A stretch of 24,399 nucleotides of DNA from an uncultured Pseudomonadales bacterium (GTDB lineage: Bacteria > Pseudomonadota > Gammaproteobacteria > Pseudomonadales > Oleiphilaceae): contig CAYXVO010000002.1 of NCBI GenBank assembly GCA_964467875.1, positions 1 through 24,399 on the forward strand. Reading direction: 5' to 3'. Shown here one piece after another: positions 7,406-16,204 of the stretch (positions within the stretch are counted from its first letter, which is position 1; every line of letters starts with the position of its first letter). A program made the translations under genes and the position numbers. The notes below the pieces were generated by a model that saw only the letters and a list, made by a program, of their open reading frames with translations, had not been told where the DNA came from and searched no databases.

Positions 7406-8686
7406 TCAGATCTGCTTTGCTAGGCGCTGGCCGGCTTCCACGTCGACGCGGGTCAGGAGCAAACCACCCGCGATAAACAGAACCGCAATCGACAGAATCG
7501 CAAGGCGCGGGCTACCGCTGAGGTAACTGACGGTGCCGACCATGGCGGGCCCTATGATGGCGGCGAACTTGCCGAGCAGACCGTAAAAGCCGAAGAACTC
7601 GGCGGATTTTTCCGGGGGAATCAGGCGCGCATAGAGGGACCGACTCAGACTCTGGATGCCCCCTTGCACCAGGCCAATGACGGCCGCCAACATGTAGAAC
7701 TGGGTTTCTGACTCCAGATACGCACCCCACAGGGTGACACCCAGATACACAACCAGGGCGATATAGATACCGGTTTTGGGCCCGAAGCGGGCACCTATGT
7801 GGCCAAACACCAGTGCCGAGGGAAAGCCGATGAACTGGGTCAGCAGCAGCGCGACGATCAGGCTTTCCGGTGCGAACCCGAGCGCCAGACCGTAATCCAC
7901 CGCCATGACGATGATGGTGTCGACCCCGTCGATGTAGAGCCAGTAGGCCACCAAAAAGGTCGCGATGACCCGCATGCTCCGCACGTTTCTGAAGGTCTCC
8001 CGTAACTGGCGAAACCCCAGGCGTATGGCCTGCCCCGGAGGCGTTCGCTCGGACGTCGCCGGTTCTGGCACGTTGCGAAACAGGGGCAGGGCGAACAGGG
8101 CCCACCAGGCCGCCACGGTCAGAAACGACCAGCGCACGGCCTCGCCGGCATCGCTCAGGCCAAACCACTCGGGCTTGAGTGTCATGGTGACGTTGAGGGC
8201 GAACAGCAGACCGCCGCCCAGATATCCCAGGGCAAAGCCCAAAGCCGAGACCCGGTCCAGTTCGGTGTCGCGGGTGATGCCGGTCAGTAGGGAATCGTAG
8301 AAGATGTTGCCGCCGAGAAAGCCAAGGCTGGCGCCCACATAGAGCGCGATGGCAAACGGCCAGTTGCCCTGATCCACCAGGAAAAGTCCCGCCGTCAGCA
8401 GAATGCCCAGGCTGGCGAAGAAACCGAGGAAATGCTTTTTGCGGGCGCTACGGTCGGCAATGGCGCCCAGCAGCGGGGCAATGACGGCGATCAGCAGGCT
8501 AGCCGCACTGTTGGCCAGCCCCAGGCGGAAAGTGGAGAGCGTGACATCGGCACCCGCACTCCAGTACTGCTTGAAAAAGATCGGGAAGAATCCGGCCATG
8601 ATGGTGGTGGCAAAGGCCGAGTTCGCCCAGTCGTAAAAGGCCCAGCTAACGGTTTGGCGATTCAGGGCGCCTTTCATGAAATTCAT
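7406..8686 (-). CDS. MFS transporter, UMF1/Atg22-like family
   Basis: SWAFYDWANSAF.T, PLLGAIAD...KK, NIFYDSLL, YIDGVDTII, QSLSRSLYARLIP..KSAEFFGFY, plus about 12 hydrophobic segments. Start placed at ATG 8686 (RBS AGGAG upstream); 8677 is an alternative. Confidence 0.92.
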   Translation of the reverse strand: MNFMKGALNRQTVSWAFYDWANSAFATTIMAGFFPIFFKQYWSAGADVTLSTFRLGLANSAASLLIAVIAPLLGAIADRSARKKHFLGFFASLGILLTAGLFLVDQGNWPFAIALYVGASLGFLGGNIFYDSLLTGITRDTELDRVSALGFALGYLGGGLLFALNVTMTLKPEWFGLSDAGEAVRWSFLTVAAWWALFALPLFRNVPEPATSERTPPGQAIRLGFRQLRETFRNVRSMRVIATFLVAYWLYIDGVDTIIVMAVDYGLALGFAPESLIVALLLTQFIGFPSALVFGHIGARFGPKTGIYIALVVYLGVTLWGAYLESETQFYMLAAVIGLVQGGIQSLSRSLYARLIPPEKSAEFFGFYGLLGKFAAIIGPAMVGTVSYLSGSPRLAILSIAVLFIAGGLLLTRVDVEAGQRLAKQI

Positions 8687-8988
8687 CCTGCTTGCTCCTG
8701 CGCATTCGGTCCTGGCCAGAACATGGCGGTGCGGCCATTCAGGGGGCATATGCTTCGTTGGTCAGCTGCCTTGTCGGTCAACTGCCGCGTGGATCATGCC
8801 CCGGTGGGTGATGATAGTCGTGATAGGTTACTCTGTCGCGTTTTCCACGATGGCCTGCACGGATCGATGCTGGTGCCGGGCGCGTGGTGTATTCGAGACT
8901 ACACTCTTGGATGATTCTGCTTATAGCAATCGCCGTTATGCCCGGCACAATAAGTCCCTTGAACCTGACCGATTGGAACAACCGCCGT

Positions 8989-10026
8989 ATGATTCAGTCT
9001 GTTTCCTCACTGGGACGGCAAAGAGCTCACTTGCCGCTGCCCCGGTTACTGGCGCCTGGCCTGTTTCTGATTGCTCTCGGTCTTTTCGTGCCAGCTTCCT
9101 TTGCCCAAGATACCGTCTCGGATCAGGTCATAGCGCCCGACACGGCGCCGTCTGGCGACCCGGACCCTCAGCGCACTGCCAAGCCATTTGTGCCATCGTC
9201 GGGACCGGCCGGCAAGCCATCAGACATTGGCTGCACCCTGACGGAGTGTGAGCAGTTCGAGGCGTGGGCCGTGGGCAAAACGGTACTGGCCAATGGTCGC
9301 GTGGTTTTTGTGGCGGAAACTCCGGGCTATTGGGCGGATCAGGCGGAGCATCGCCTGGCCTTCGTTTACACACCGGGCCGTTGCGATGAGCCGGCTTTGT
9401 ACTTCCGTTATCCGCTGCGATCGGAGCAGGCACGACCGCCAACGACTCTGAGTGGACGTTTCCGGGTCAATGCCGCTGACTGGTATGACTTCCAGGGCCG
9501 TATTTTTTTCCCCGAAGGTCGCATCGGCACGGGCTACTTTGATGTGTTTCAGCCATCGCTGCCGAACTTCATCAATGCCGTTAAACAGGGCCAGACTCTC
9601 AATTCGCTCAGCGCCCCCGACCGCTCCCCGGTGGTCCTGCATGAATATCGGCTGGATGGCTCCAGGGCGGCCATGGACGCGGCCCAGAAACAGTGTGGCG
9701 AGGCGCCATTGCAACAGGCGTTGCCGGCACAGGAAACGCTGGCCTCAGAACCCTCCGGCGAAGCAGGCGAGCGCCTTCGGGAACGGGAAATACGGGCTGC
9801 CATGGAGGGCGTCAGTGCGACTTGCCGGGATCTTGGGTTTCTCAACAACCCGCTGATGGCGGCCGAATTCGATCACCTCAACCGACGCCTGCGGGCCGAA
9901 TTGCAGATTGATCTGGAAGGCTTGGGCATTCCCTACGAGGTTGTCTGTCAGGACCTGCTGGATGGCTTCAATGCCGAGGCTCTGGCCGACGCCCTGATTG
10001 AGAAATACCGGCCGGTCCTGAATTAG
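8989..10026 (+). CDS. Exported hypothetical protein (Pro-rich linker, Cys-containing, possible IalB-like domain)
   Basis: Long ORF with a signal-peptide-like GLFLIALGLFVPASFA-QD and a Pro-rich linker. Start is uncertain: ATG 8989 is preferred over the track's 8884. Confidence 0.65.
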   Translation: MIQSVSSLGRQRAHLPLPRLLAPGLFLIALGLFVPASFAQDTVSDQVIAPDTAPSGDPDPQRTAKPFVPSSGPAGKPSDIGCTLTECEQFEAWAVGKTVLANGRVVFVAETPGYWADQAEHRLAFVYTPGRCDEPALYFRYPLRSEQARPPTTLSGRFRVNAADWYDFQGRIFFPEGRIGTGYFDVFQPSLPNFINAVKQGQTLNSLSAPDRSPVVLHEYRLDGSRAAMDAAQKQCGEAPLQQALPAQETLASEPSGEAGERLREREIRAAMEGVSATCRDLGFLNNPLMAAEFDHLNRRLRAELQIDLEGLGIPYEVVCQDLLDGFNAEALADALIEKYRPVLN

Positions 10027-10028
10027 CG

Positions 10029-10052
10029 GCGGGTCGTCAACGAGCGACCCGC
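10029..10052. terminator. GC-rich hairpin between convergent genes (possible terminator or pause site)
   Basis: GCGGGTCGT / GCGACCCGC stem immediately after the stop at 10026. There is no clear U-tract, so it is not a classical intrinsic terminator. Confidence 0.45.
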
Positions 10053-10135
10053 ACTGAACGCCGGGCCGATCGTTGACTCGAGCCTTTCATGGGAAAGGGG
10101 CACTACAACCTGAGGCATTCGCGGCCCGAATTATT

Positions 10136-12580
10136 TCAAATCCGGCGTTCGGGCGTGGCCGGCTCAATCGCGCGGCCTTTGTCCTGGGCCTCAAACTCAT
10201 CCACCTGAATCAGACGGCGCAGGGCTTCATTGGCTTCGCGAATGGCTTCCGCCTCTGGCGGCGTAATCAGTTCACGGGCCAGGCCTTCCTCAATCGCTTC
10301 ATGATAATTGGTTTCGTTGATGCGACGGTTGAGTGCCTTGCCCAGCTTGCTCTCCAGCGGTTCCACCTCCAGGATCCGGCGAAAGTTATACTCGACCTGG
10401 CCCAATGAGTCAGCGGGATCATCGGAGATGAACGCGCCAGCCGTCAGCCGGTCACGGGAGGCGTTCGGTGCCAGGAGAATGTTCGCGGCAGACCGCCCCT
10501 GGCTATCCTTGGGCCCCTGTTGGCGTCGACCCCGGGGCAGAACGATCCAGTGCAGAATGTGGCCGAGCAGGGTTGATGGATAATTTCGCAGTAGCTCGCT
10601 CATGCGGGTCTCGATGGTACGCAGGGAGTCCTCCAGCGCCCACTGGACCAGCGGCAGATCGTTGCGCGGCCGGCCATCGTCCTCGTAGCGCTTGAGGGTT
10701 GCCGAGGCCAGGTACAGATGGCTGAACATGTCCGCCAGGCGGCCCGACAGTTTTTCCCGTTGCTTGAGCTGGCCACCCAGGCTGAGCATGGTGACGTCGG
10801 CGAGAAACGCAAAGGCGGCGCTGGCCCAGGCCAGACGCTGGTAATACCGCGCCGTCGGCCCCTCATGGGGAACCTTCACCAAGCGGGCGCCCGTCAGCCC
10901 CAGAAAGAGCGCACGGGCCGCGTTGGAGAGGGAAAGCTGGACATGGCTGCTGAGCAGGCGGTCGAACGTTTGCAGGCCCTGTTCGGCGTTTGGATCCGCC
11001 GCCGCTTCCATTTCCCGCAGCACATAGGGATGGGAGCGGATCGCACCCTGGCCGAAGATCATCAGGCTGCGGGTCAGAATGTTGGCGCCTTCCACCGTAA
11101 TGCTAATGGGAATGGCCTCATAGGTACGCCCGAGGAAATTGAGCGGACCCAGGCAGATGCCGCGTCCGCCGAGAATATCCATGCCATCGTTGACCACACC
11201 CCGCATGCTCTCCGTGAGGTTGTACTTGAGGATGCCGGACACCACGCTGGGCTTCTCTCCCAAATCCAGGGCACCGGCCGTCATGATGCGGGCGGCATTC
11301 ATGCGGTAGGTGGTACCGGCCATCCGCCCCAGAACTTCCTCTACCCCTTCGAACTTGCCCACTGGAACCCGGAACTGCTTGCGCAGGCGAGCATAGGCGC
11401 CCACCGTGCGGCAGGCAAACTTGGCGGCGCCGGTACTCAAGGCGGGCAGGGAAATGGAGCGGCCGGCCGCCAGGGAGTTCATCAGCATCATCCAGCCCTG
11501 GCCAATTCGGTCCTGGCCGCCGATGACCCAGGATAAGGGGATGAAGACATCCTTGCCGCGGGTCGGCCCGTTCTGGAATGCGGAGCTTAACGGATAATGG
11601 CGGCGGCCGATCTCGACGCCGGGAGTGCTGGTGGGAATCAGGGCACAGGTGATGCCCAGGTCTTCCCGGTCGCCCAGCAAGTGATCCGGGTCGCGCGCCT
11701 GGAACGCCAGGCCCAGCACCGTGGCGATGGGCGCCAGGGTGATATAGCGCTTCTCCCAGGTGAGGCGAAAGCCAAGCGTCCGTTCGCCCTCGAATTCTTC
11801 TTCGCACACAATGCCGTAGTCGGGAATGGCGCCCGCATCGGAGCCGGCGTAGGGGCTGGTCAGGGCAAAACAGGGAATTTCCTCACCACTGGCAAGGCGC
11901 GGCAGGTAATGAGTCTTTTGCTCCGATGTGCCGTAATGCAGCAACAGCTCACCAGGGCCGAGGGAGTTTGGCACCATCACCGTGACGCCGGCCGATATGC
12001 TGCGGGTGGAGATTTTCATCACCGCTTCACTGTGAGCCAAAGCGGAGAAGCCGAGGCCACCGTATTCCTCGGGGATGATCATGCCGAAGAACTTTTCCCG
12101 CTTGATGAAATCCCAGACGTTGGCGGGCAGGTCGTTGAGCTCCTGGGTAATCCGCCAGTCATCCAGCATGCCGCATAATTGCTCGACCGGGCCATCAAGA
12201 AAGGCCTGCTCCTCAGGGGTCAGGCGGGGCAGTTGGTAGTGGCTCAGGGTATGCCAGTTGGGATGACCGGTGAAGAGTTCACCGTCCCACCACACGCTGC
12301 CGGCGTCGATCGCCTCGCGCTCGGTATCGGAAATGGGCGGGAGCACCTTTTTAAACCAGCGAAACAAGGGTTCCACCACTAGGCTTTGACGAATGCTGTC
12401 GACATTCAGAATGACCGCCACCACGATGAAGAGGAGCCAGAGCAGGATCAGCGAGTCATCGTCGATCAACTCGCCGGTGACCAGCAGCACAAAGCCCGCC
12501 AGCGTCCACTGCCGCAAGGACGCGCGAAAATACGCCAGCGCCCCGAGGGTGGCAATCACAATTAAAAACCAGATCAGCAT
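10136..12580 (-). CDS. fadE: Acyl-CoA dehydrogenase FadE (long, membrane-anchored type)
   Basis: 814 aa from ATG 12580 (RBS AAGGAG). N-terminal TM region, then LPPISDTEREAIDAG..WW.GELF.G.P, VMVPNSLGPGELL.HYG, PCFALTSPYAGSDA, GRSISLP, GGRGICLGP, ITVEGANILTR. Confidence 0.97.
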   Translation of the reverse strand: MLIWFLIVIATLGALAYFRASLRQWTLAGFVLLVTGELIDDDSLILLWLLFIVVAVILNVDSIRQSLVVEPLFRWFKKVLPPISDTEREAIDAGSVWWDGELFTGHPNWHTLSHYQLPRLTPEEQAFLDGPVEQLCGMLDDWRITQELNDLPANVWDFIKREKFFGMIIPEEYGGLGFSALAHSEAVMKISTRSISAGVTVMVPNSLGPGELLLHYGTSEQKTHYLPRLASGEEIPCFALTSPYAGSDAGAIPDYGIVCEEEFEGERTLGFRLTWEKRYITLAPIATVLGLAFQARDPDHLLGDREDLGITCALIPTSTPGVEIGRRHYPLSSAFQNGPTRGKDVFIPLSWVIGGQDRIGQGWMMLMNSLAAGRSISLPALSTGAAKFACRTVGAYARLRKQFRVPVGKFEGVEEVLGRMAGTTYRMNAARIMTAGALDLGEKPSVVSGILKYNLTESMRGVVNDGMDILGGRGICLGPLNFLGRTYEAIPISITVEGANILTRSLMIFGQGAIRSHPYVLREMEAAADPNAEQGLQTFDRLLSSHVQLSLSNAARALFLGLTGARLVKVPHEGPTARYYQRLAWASAAFAFLADVTMLSLGGQLKQREKLSGRLADMFSHLYLASATLKRYEDDGRPRNDLPLVQWALEDSLRTIETRMSELLRNYPSTLLGHILHWIVLPRGRRQQGPKDSQGRSAANILLAPNASRDRLTAGAFISDDPADSLGQVEYNFRRILEVEPLESKLGKALNRRINETNYHEAIEEGLARELITPPEAEAIREANEALRRLIQVDEFEAQDKGRAIEPATPERRI

Positions 12581-12862
12581 GGTGCAAACTCCTTGTGCGC
12601 CTGTTGGGCAAGTCCATCCGCGACTTGCTTGAGAGAGGGGTGCGACGTGCCGCCGGAGCTCGCAATCGAGTGGGTTGTTCAGTCCATCGGGGCTGGTCGT
12701 ATGCTCAACAATATGCAATGTCACCTTAAAAACCAACCCTTTCGGCACGAATGCCAAGGCTTGGACCCTCCATGTACAGCACTGCTACACTGCCAATTGC
12801 GCGCGCGGAATCCTAAGGTGTATTGGTCGCCTGGTCCGTGCCGGGAGCATCTATTGGGAAGA

Positions 12863-12930
12863 TTACGTCGGTGCGAGGCTTACGTCGTTGGGCGAATTAC
12901 GTTGTTGAGCGGATTACGTCGTTGGGCAGC
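12863..12930 (+). repeat. Tandem array of four 17-bp units, consensus TTACGTCGTTGGGC-N3
   Basis: TTACG recurs at 12863, 12880, 12897 and 12914, an exact 17-bp period. Units: TTACGTCGGTGCGAGGC, TTACGTCGTTGGGCGAA, TTACGTTGTTGAGCGGA, TTACGTCGTTGGGCAGC. Confidence 0.92.
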
Positions 12931-12962
12931 GAGTGTCGCCCTGATTTCGACCGGGGCATCAG

Positions 12963-14114
12963 ATGACCTGTGAATTTGTCGAGCGCATATCGCACATCGG
13001 TGCTGACGCCTGGAATGGTCTGACAGGCACGGCTTATCCCTTCTTGCGCTATGAATACCTGCACGCGCTGGAGGCTTCCCGTTCCGTCGGCGGGCGCACC
13101 GGCTGGCGACCCTGCCATCTGATCGTCCGTGACGATCAGGGCTTGGCGGGCCTGCTGCCCCTGTATGAGAAGAGCCACTCCTGGGGAGAATATGTGTTCG
13201 ACTGGAGTTGGGCGGAAGCCTACGAGCGCAGTGGACTGACTTATTACCCCAAGTTGCTGAGTGCGATCCCCTTCACCCCCTGTGAGGGATCACGCCTGGT
13301 GTTGCGTGGTGATCGCAAACCGGCGTTAGCCGGCCAGATGCTGAATGCGGTGCAGACGCGGGTTCGGGAGCAGGGACTGTCATCCTGGCATCTGCTGTTT
13401 CCCGATCCGGAATGCCAGGCCCTGGTCGAGGGCCTACCGCTGGCGAAGCGTCTGGGCGTGCAGTTTCATTGGCATAATCAGGGTTGGGCCAGCTTTGAGC
13501 AGTTTCTGGAGTCGTTTGTCTCGCGCAAGCGCAAGAACGTGCGTAAGGAGCGCACCAGCGTACAGGCGCAGGGCATTGGATTTCGCTGGTTTGAAGGCGT
13601 GGAAGTAACGGAGGCGGTACTCAATCAGTTTTACCTGTTCTACCAGGCCACCTATCTCAAGCATGGCCAGCACGGCTACCTCACCCAGGACTTCTTTGCA
13701 CGCTTGCTGGCCACCATGCCGGAGCAGGTGGTGCTGGTGCAGGCGGAGCTCAGTGGAAAACCGGTCGCCGCCGCCTGGTTTCTGAAGAGCGAGACAACAC
13801 TCTATGGCCGCTACTGGGGTTGCCAGGACGACTATAACCATCTGCACTTCGAAACCTGTTACTACCAGGGCATCGAATATTGCCTGGCGCAGGGGCTTAT
13901 GAACTTCGACGCCGGCGCCCAGGGCGAGCATAAGCTGTTACGAGGCTTTTTACCCCGCTTGACCTGTTCCTACCACTGGCTGGCCGACGCCCGCTTTGGC
14001 CCGGCCATTGCCGATTTTTTGCGTCGCGAGCGCTCGCATGTGGAAGCCTATCTGGCGGAGGCCGAGACCTTACTGCCTTATCGCCGCGACCAGGGCACCG
14101 ATGCCGGCCCGTAA
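12963..14114 (+). CDS. GNAT/FemAB-like protein of the DUF482 family
   Basis: YPFLRYEYL.ALE.S.SV, SHSWGEYVFDWSWA.AY, YYPKLLSAIPFTP, LGVQFHW.N, LYGRYWG, HFETCYYQGIEYC, AGAQGEHKL.RGF.P. Confidence 0.92.
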   Translation: MTCEFVERISHIGADAWNGLTGTAYPFLRYEYLHALEASRSVGGRTGWRPCHLIVRDDQGLAGLLPLYEKSHSWGEYVFDWSWAEAYERSGLTYYPKLLSAIPFTPCEGSRLVLRGDRKPALAGQMLNAVQTRVREQGLSSWHLLFPDPECQALVEGLPLAKRLGVQFHWHNQGWASFEQFLESFVSRKRKNVRKERTSVQAQGIGFRWFEGVEVTEAVLNQFYLFYQATYLKHGQHGYLTQDFFARLLATMPEQVVLVQAELSGKPVAAAWFLKSETTLYGRYWGCQDDYNHLHFETCYYQGIEYCLAQGLMNFDAGAQGEHKLLRGFLPRLTCSYHWLADARFGPAIADFLRRERSHVEAYLAEAETLLPYRRDQGTDAGP

Positions 14115-14135
14115 GGGCGGCATTGGCTTTACGGC

Positions 14136-14164
14136 TTCGACCTGCCCATGGCGGTTGCTATACT
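14136..14164 (+). promoter_or_regulatory. Sigma70/sigmaS-type promoter upstream of gloC
   Basis: TTCGAC (14136-14141), 17-bp spacer, TATACT (14159-14164), with an extended -10 TGCTATACT. It lies 34 bp upstream of the ATG. Confidence 0.65.
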
Positions 14165-14198
14165 GCGGCTTCTTCAGACTCTGCTCGGATAACGCACC

Positions 14199-14831
14199 AT
14201 GAAATATCAGATGATTCCGGTTACCGCCTTCGCCCAGAATTGCAGCCTGCTGTGGTGCGAGAAAACCCGCCAGGCCGCGGTGGTCGATCCCGGTGGCGAT
14301 CTGGACAAGGTGTTGGCGGTGATCGAGCGCGAGCAGTTGCAGCTGACCAAGATCCTGCTCACCCACGCCCACATCGATCACGCCGGCGCGGTTGCCGAAC
14401 TGGTGGCCAGATGCGCGCTGCCCATCGAGGGGCCGCAGTTGGCCGACAAGTTCTGGATTGATCTGCTGCCGCAGCAAAGTGCCATGTTCGGGTTTCCCGC
14501 CGCCCAGAGCTTCACGCCAGATCGCTGGCTGGAGCAGGGCGATCAGGTGCAGGTGGGCGAGGAAACCCTGGAGGTCTTGCACTGCCCGGGGCACACGCCG
14601 GGACATCTGGTGTTCTTTCACGCCCCCAGTCGCCTGGCGATTGTTGGTGATGTGCTGTTCGCCGGCTCCATCGGGCGCACCGATTTTCCCCAGGGCAACC
14701 ATGCCGACCTGATCCGTTCCATCAAGGAGCGCCTGTGGCCACTGGGGGACGAGGTGGCGTTCATTCCCGGGCATGGCCCCATGTCGACCTTTGGCCAGGA
14801 GCGCCGCACCAATCCGTTTGTAGCGGATTGA
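14199..14831 (+). CDS. gloC: MBL-fold hydroxyacylglutathione hydrolase GloC (YcbL)
   Basis: IPVTAFAQNCSLLWCE, VVDPGGD, THAHIDH (HxHxDH), HCPGHTPGH, GDVLFAGSIGRTDFP, PGHGPMSTFG.ER..NPF. Confidence 0.93.
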   Translation: MKYQMIPVTAFAQNCSLLWCEKTRQAAVVDPGGDLDKVLAVIEREQLQLTKILLTHAHIDHAGAVAELVARCALPIEGPQLADKFWIDLLPQQSAMFGFPAAQSFTPDRWLEQGDQVQVGEETLEVLHCPGHTPGHLVFFHAPSRLAIVGDVLFAGSIGRTDFPQGNHADLIRSIKERLWPLGDEVAFIPGHGPMSTFGQERRTNPFVAD

Positions 14832-14840
14832 ACGTCATCT

Positions 14841-16100
14841 TCATGTAGGAACGCACTCCGGCTCGACCAGCAGGATCTGGTCGGCCCGGACCGGGTCCGA
14901 TGCATAGAGTGTCAGCACATCCGGCGTTTCCAGTGGTTGGGTCAAACCAACGCACCAGTGATACAGCCGCGCCATATATGCCTCGGCCTCAGGCTGCCAG
15001 TCCGGATCGGTGGCGACACGGTAGGCAAGACGGTTCAGACTGGCGGACGACAGCCCCCAGAGGGTCATGGGACGGCTGACGAAGAGTAGACGATCGAGGA
15101 AGTAGTCGAGCGTTGTATCCCGCTGGAACAGGGCAAAGGAGCCCGCGTCAAAGAGATAGGCCCGGCCCTCATGCTCATGGCGGGCGGCCCGGTCAAAATG
15201 GCCGGTGGGAAAGTTGCGGTTGCGATAGCGCTCGCTGTCATAGCCATCCCGGGCGCCGGTGAACCAGGCCAGGTTTTCCTGGCGTTGGCGAAAACCGTGG
15301 GCCAAGTCGTTGAGATTGCGCTTGACCTCGATGGCTGCCAAGACCCGCACCGCGCCGCCATTTGGCGGTAGGCCGACCACCAGTTGATCGAACTCCACCG
15401 GGCCGCTCCCCAGGCGCACCCCATGTAGAACCTGAACCTCCGTAAAGCGCTCAAAATCTGGTGTTATGGCTTGTAACCGGGGCAGGATGCGCTCGCCAAT
15501 CAGGGCCTGTACCTGCTTTTCGAATTGCTCGCCGCTTCGCCCCGATGCCTGTCCCTGGCTGCGGAGCAGATCGTCAAGCCGTTGCGCCTCCCGATCCAGG
15601 CTCAGATGTGCGCGTTCGGCCTGAACCTGCTGCTCCAGATCCAGCAGCTTCTGCTGCATCGGATTGGCCAGCCGTAGTTGGTTGTAGTCGGTCAGCATCG
15701 TCTGGTGCTGCGAGTGGAAGCGGGCCAGCTTTTGTTCGAGCTGCAGCCTGCGTTCGCTGCTGGCGGCGGCGATCGCCTGTGACAAGCCAGTCTGGGCCTT
15801 GAGGTTGTCCGCCAGTTGCCGCGCCAGCATGGCGGCCTGAGCAAAGGCCGGCGTCGAGGCGAGCTGACGCCGGCTCTCCCGCTCGTCCCGCTCCAATTGC
15901 CGTAGTCGGGGGTGGGCTCGGTAGATCTCGCGGATCTCAACCCGCTGGCGGAAAATCGGATTCTTTCGCCAATGGACCAGGTGCGCCTCAAGCCACCTGC
16001 CAAAACTGGGCGGATCGAGGCGGCGGAAGTCCTGGTTGTAATCCCGGAGTAGCAAGGCCAGGGTGCTGCGACCGGATTCGATGCGGATACTGTGTGTCAC
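14841..16100 (-). CDS. Hypothetical protein: N-terminal coiled coil + PD-(D/E)XK nuclease-like domain
   Basis: 419-codon ORF (GTG start). Q/E/R/L-rich helical N-half, then GEQFEKQV (E194), VEFDQLVV (D238) and IEVK (E258/K260). The ORF is solid; the nuclease call is motif-based inference. Confidence 0.7.
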   Translation of the reverse strand: MTHSIRIESGRSTLALLLRDYNQDFRRLDPPSFGRWLEAHLVHWRKNPIFRQRVEIREIYRAHPRLRQLERDERESRRQLASTPAFAQAAMLARQLADNLKAQTGLSQAIAAASSERRLQLEQKLARFHSQHQTMLTDYNQLRLANPMQQKLLDLEQQVQAERAHLSLDREAQRLDDLLRSQGQASGRSGEQFEKQVQALIGERILPRLQAITPDFERFTEVQVLHGVRLGSGPVEFDQLVVGLPPNGGAVRVLAAIEVKRNLNDLAHGFRQRQENLAWFTGARDGYDSERYRNRNFPTGHFDRAARHEHEGRAYLFDAGSFALFQRDTTLDYFLDRLLFVSRPMTLWGLSSASLNRLAYRVATDPDWQPEAEAYMARLYHWCVGLTQPLETPDVLTLYASDPVRADQILLVEPECVPT

Positions 16101-16204
16101 GTGACAAATATTAATCTATTCCTTACCAGGCAACTAAGGTATTCTGGCCGGTGCCGAGGGTTAGGCAGATTTGATGAAATTATTCGCAAGGATGGCGAGA
16201 GGCA

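Noticed and set aside
8871-8946. Canonical tRNA gene
   Set aside because: The length and CCA end fit, but there is no T-arm adjacent to the acceptor strand, no D-loop GG and no anticodon arm. Kept only as a low-confidence finding.
10718-12178. 272-aa and 193-aa + strand ORFs
   Set aside because: Antisense shadows of fadE.
12581-12757. Longer N-termini given by the ORF track (fadE 12757; likewise MFS 8749, hypothetical 8884, amidase 20115, S8 20383)
   Set aside because: The downstream starts have proper RBSs and/or give the family-typical length or signal-peptide position.
12863-12930. CRISPR array interpretation of the 17-bp repeats
   Set aside because: Only 3 variable bases separate the units, so there are no spacers. 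The unit is too short, and no cas genes are present.
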